A DNA stretch of 64,000 bases from Cetorhinus maximus (Eukaryota). Positions 61,458-64,000 of this stretch are shown piece by piece. Under the pieces are notes generated by a model, which saw nothing but the letters and a program-made list of their open reading frames with translations, did no database searches and was not told the origin of the DNA. Numbering within the stretch: the stretch's first letter is position 1; each line of letters starts with the position of its first letter. Location: contig NC_135908.1 in assembly GCF_964194155.1 (NCBI RefSeq), forward strand, positions 8,618,001-8,682,000, read 5' to 3'. A program made the translations under genes and the position numbers.

Positions 61458-64000
61458 GGGAGGCGATGGCGTAGTGGTATTGTCGCTGGACTAGTAATCC
61501 AGAATAATGCCCTGGGGTCCCAGGTTCGAATGATGGTGGAATTTGAATTCAATAAAAAATCTGGAATTAAAAGTCTAATGATGACTATGAAACTATTGTC
61601 AATTGTTGTAAAAACTCATTTGGTTCACTAATGTCCTTGTGGGACAGAAATCTGCTGTCCTTACCTGGTCTGGCCTACATGCGACCCCATACCCACAGCA
61701 ATGTGGTTGACTCTGAAATGCCCTCTGAAATGTCCTAGCAAGCCACTCAGTTGTATCAAACCGCTACAAAGTCTCAAAAAAGGAATGAAACCAGATGGAC
61801 CACTTGGCGTCGACCTAGGCACCGGCAATGACAATGGCAAACTCAGCCCTGTCAATCCTGCAAAGTCCTCCTTAATAACACCTGGGGAAAATTGGGAGAT
61901 CTGTCTCACAGACTAGTCAAGCAACAGCCTGAAATAGTCATCCTCATAGAATCATATCTTACGGATAATGTCTCAGACACCATCACCATCCCTGGGTACG
62001 CACAGTGGTATACGGTCAGGAGGAAGTTGCCCTGGGAGTCCTCAACGTCGTCTCCAGACCCCATCAAGTCAAACGTGGGCAAGGCAACCCTCTGCTGATT
62101 ACGATGTACTGGCCTCCCTCAGCTAAGGGTGGCAAGGGCGCAGAATGTACTCTGGGTGTGGGACTTCAATGTCCATCACCAAGAGTGGCTCAGTAGCACT
62201 GCTACTGTCCGAGCTGGCTGAGTCCTAAATGCCATAGCAGCTAGACTGGACCTGCGGCAGACGGTGAGGGAACCAACAAGAGGGAAAAACATACTTGACC
62301 TCATCCTCACCAACCTGCCTGCCGCAGATGCATCTGTCCATGACAGTATCAGTAGAAGTGACCACCGCACAGTTGTTGTGGAGATGAAGTATCACCTTCA
62401 CATTGAGTTTACCTTCCATCGTGCCCTGTGGCACTACTGCCCTGCTAAATGGGATAGATTTCGAACAAATCTAGCAACTCAATACTGGGCATCCATGAGA
62501 CTCTGGGCCATCAGCAGCTGCAGAATTGTATTCGAATATAACCTGTAAACTCATGGCCAAGCATATCCCTCACTCTACCATTTCCATCAAGCCAGGGGAT
62601 CAACCATGGTTCAATGAAGAGTGCAGATGGGCATGCAGCACCAGGCATACCTAAAAATGAGGTGTCAACTTGGTGAAACTATAACACAGGACTACTTGCA
62701 TGCTGAACAGAGCTAAGCAATTCCACAATCAACAGATCAGATCTAAGTTCTGCAGTCCTGCCACACCCAATAGTGAAAGGTGGTGGGCAATTAAGCAACT
62801 CGCCGGAGGAGGAGGCCCTACAAATATCCCCATCCTCAATGATGGGAGAGCCCAGCACATCTGTGCAAAAAACAAGGCTGAAGCATTTGCTACAATCTTC
62901 AACCAGAAGTGCCAAGTGGATGATCCATATCGGCCTCCTCTGGAGGTCCCCAGCATCACAGATGCCAGTCTTCAGCCAATTCAATTCACTCCACATGATA
63001 TCAAGAAACGGCTGAAAGTGCTGAATACTGCATAAGCTATGGGCCCTGACAATATTCCGGCAATAGTACTGTGCTCCAGAACTTGCCATGCCCCTAGCCA
63101 ATCTACAACACTGGCATCTACCTGGCTATGTGGAAAATTGCCCAGTTATGTCCTGTACAAAAAAAGCAGGACAAATCCAACCCAGAACAATTACCGCCCC
63201 AACTGTCTACTCTTGATCATCAGTAAAGTAATGGGAGGGGTCATTAACAGTGCTATGAAGTTTCACTTGCTTAGAAATAACCTGCGCACGAGTGCTCAGT
63301 TCAGGTTCCGTCAGGGCCACTCAGCTCCTGACCTCATTACAGGTTTAAACATGGACACAAGAGCTGAACTCCCGAGGTGAGGTGAGAGTGACTGCCCTTG
63401 ACATCAAGGCTGCACTTGACTGAATGCGGTATCAAGGAGCCCTAGGAAAACTGGAGTCAATGGGAATCCGGGGTGGGGGGGGAACTCTCCGCTGGTTGGA
63501 GTCAAACCTTGCACAAAGGAAGATGGTTGTGTTTGTTGGAGGTCAATCATCTCAGCTCCAGGACACCACTGCAGGAGTTCCTCAGGGTAGTGTCCTAGGC
63601 CCAACCATTTTCAGCTGCTTCATTAATGACCTTCCTTCCATCATAAGGTCAGAAGTGGAGATGTTTGCTGATGATTGCACAATGTTCAGCACCATCCATG
63701 TCTCCTCAGATACTGGAACAGTCCATGTCCAAATGCAGCAAGACCTGGACAATAGCCAGGCTTGGGCTGACAAGTGGCAAGTAACATTCGCACAACACAA
63801 TTGCTGGGCAATGACCATCTCCAACAAGAGAGAATCCAACCATCACCCCTTGACGTTCAATGGCATTACCATCACTGAATCCCCCACTATCAACATCCTG
63901 GAGGCTACCATTGAGCAGAAACTGAACTGGAGTAGCCATATAAATACTGTGGCTACAAGAGCAAGTCAGAGTCTCAGAATCCTGCGGCAAGTAACTCACC
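61458..64000 (+). mobile_element. Decayed non-LTR retrotransposon (APE endonuclease + RT, CR1/Jockey-group-like) with a tRNA-derived 5' head and no ORF1; runs off the window
   Basis: A-box TGGCGTAGTGG (61467-61477) and B-box-like GGTTCGAAT (61523). EN motifs VKQQPEIVILIES, DFNVHH, PTRGKNILDLILTN, SDH. RT motifs GPDNIP, NYRP, QFRFRQGHS, GVPQGSVLGP, FADD. Confidence 0.88.

Noticed and set aside
61458-61535. Possible tRNA genes (also at 25210 and 6925)
   Set aside because: A/B boxes are present, but there is no complete cloverleaf and the sequences continue into SINE/LINE bodies.
20500-64000. MYO9A coding exons
   Set aside because: No myosin IX-like peptide was found in the ORF track or by eye; coding exons presumably lie beyond the window.

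Overview
Vertebrate genomic DNA. The repeat content (CR1/HER1-like, L2, RTE, Deu-domain SINEs, LF-SINE-like, Penelope) points to a cartilaginous fish; this is an inference. The only confident protein-coding gene is SENP8/NEDP1 (deneddylase, minus strand, single coding exon 14504-15139). It is driven from a CpG island at about 17.7-18.5 kb that also carries a plus-strand first-exon candidate. By vertebrate synteny that exon is probably MYO9A, which would make about 18.3-64 kb a long first intron. A weak gene candidate lies on the minus strand at about 0.35-4.1 kb. Three large minisatellites (36, 45 and 37 bp units) each sit just inside a first-intron candidate, and two are arrays of homeodomain motifs (TAATCC; TGATTGACAG). 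Most ORF-track entries are repeat or TE artefacts. The best novelty candidate is a non-LTR retrotransposon whose endonuclease-RT ORF is fused directly behind a tRNA-derived Pol III head, with no ORF1. Its sense strand is almost free of TTTT Pol III terminators, and several SINE-like head+tail deletion derivatives occur in the window. Also notable are Penelope-derived hairpin insertions carrying minimal hammerhead-ribozyme motifs. TE boundaries were estimated by eye (about +/-20-50 bp).
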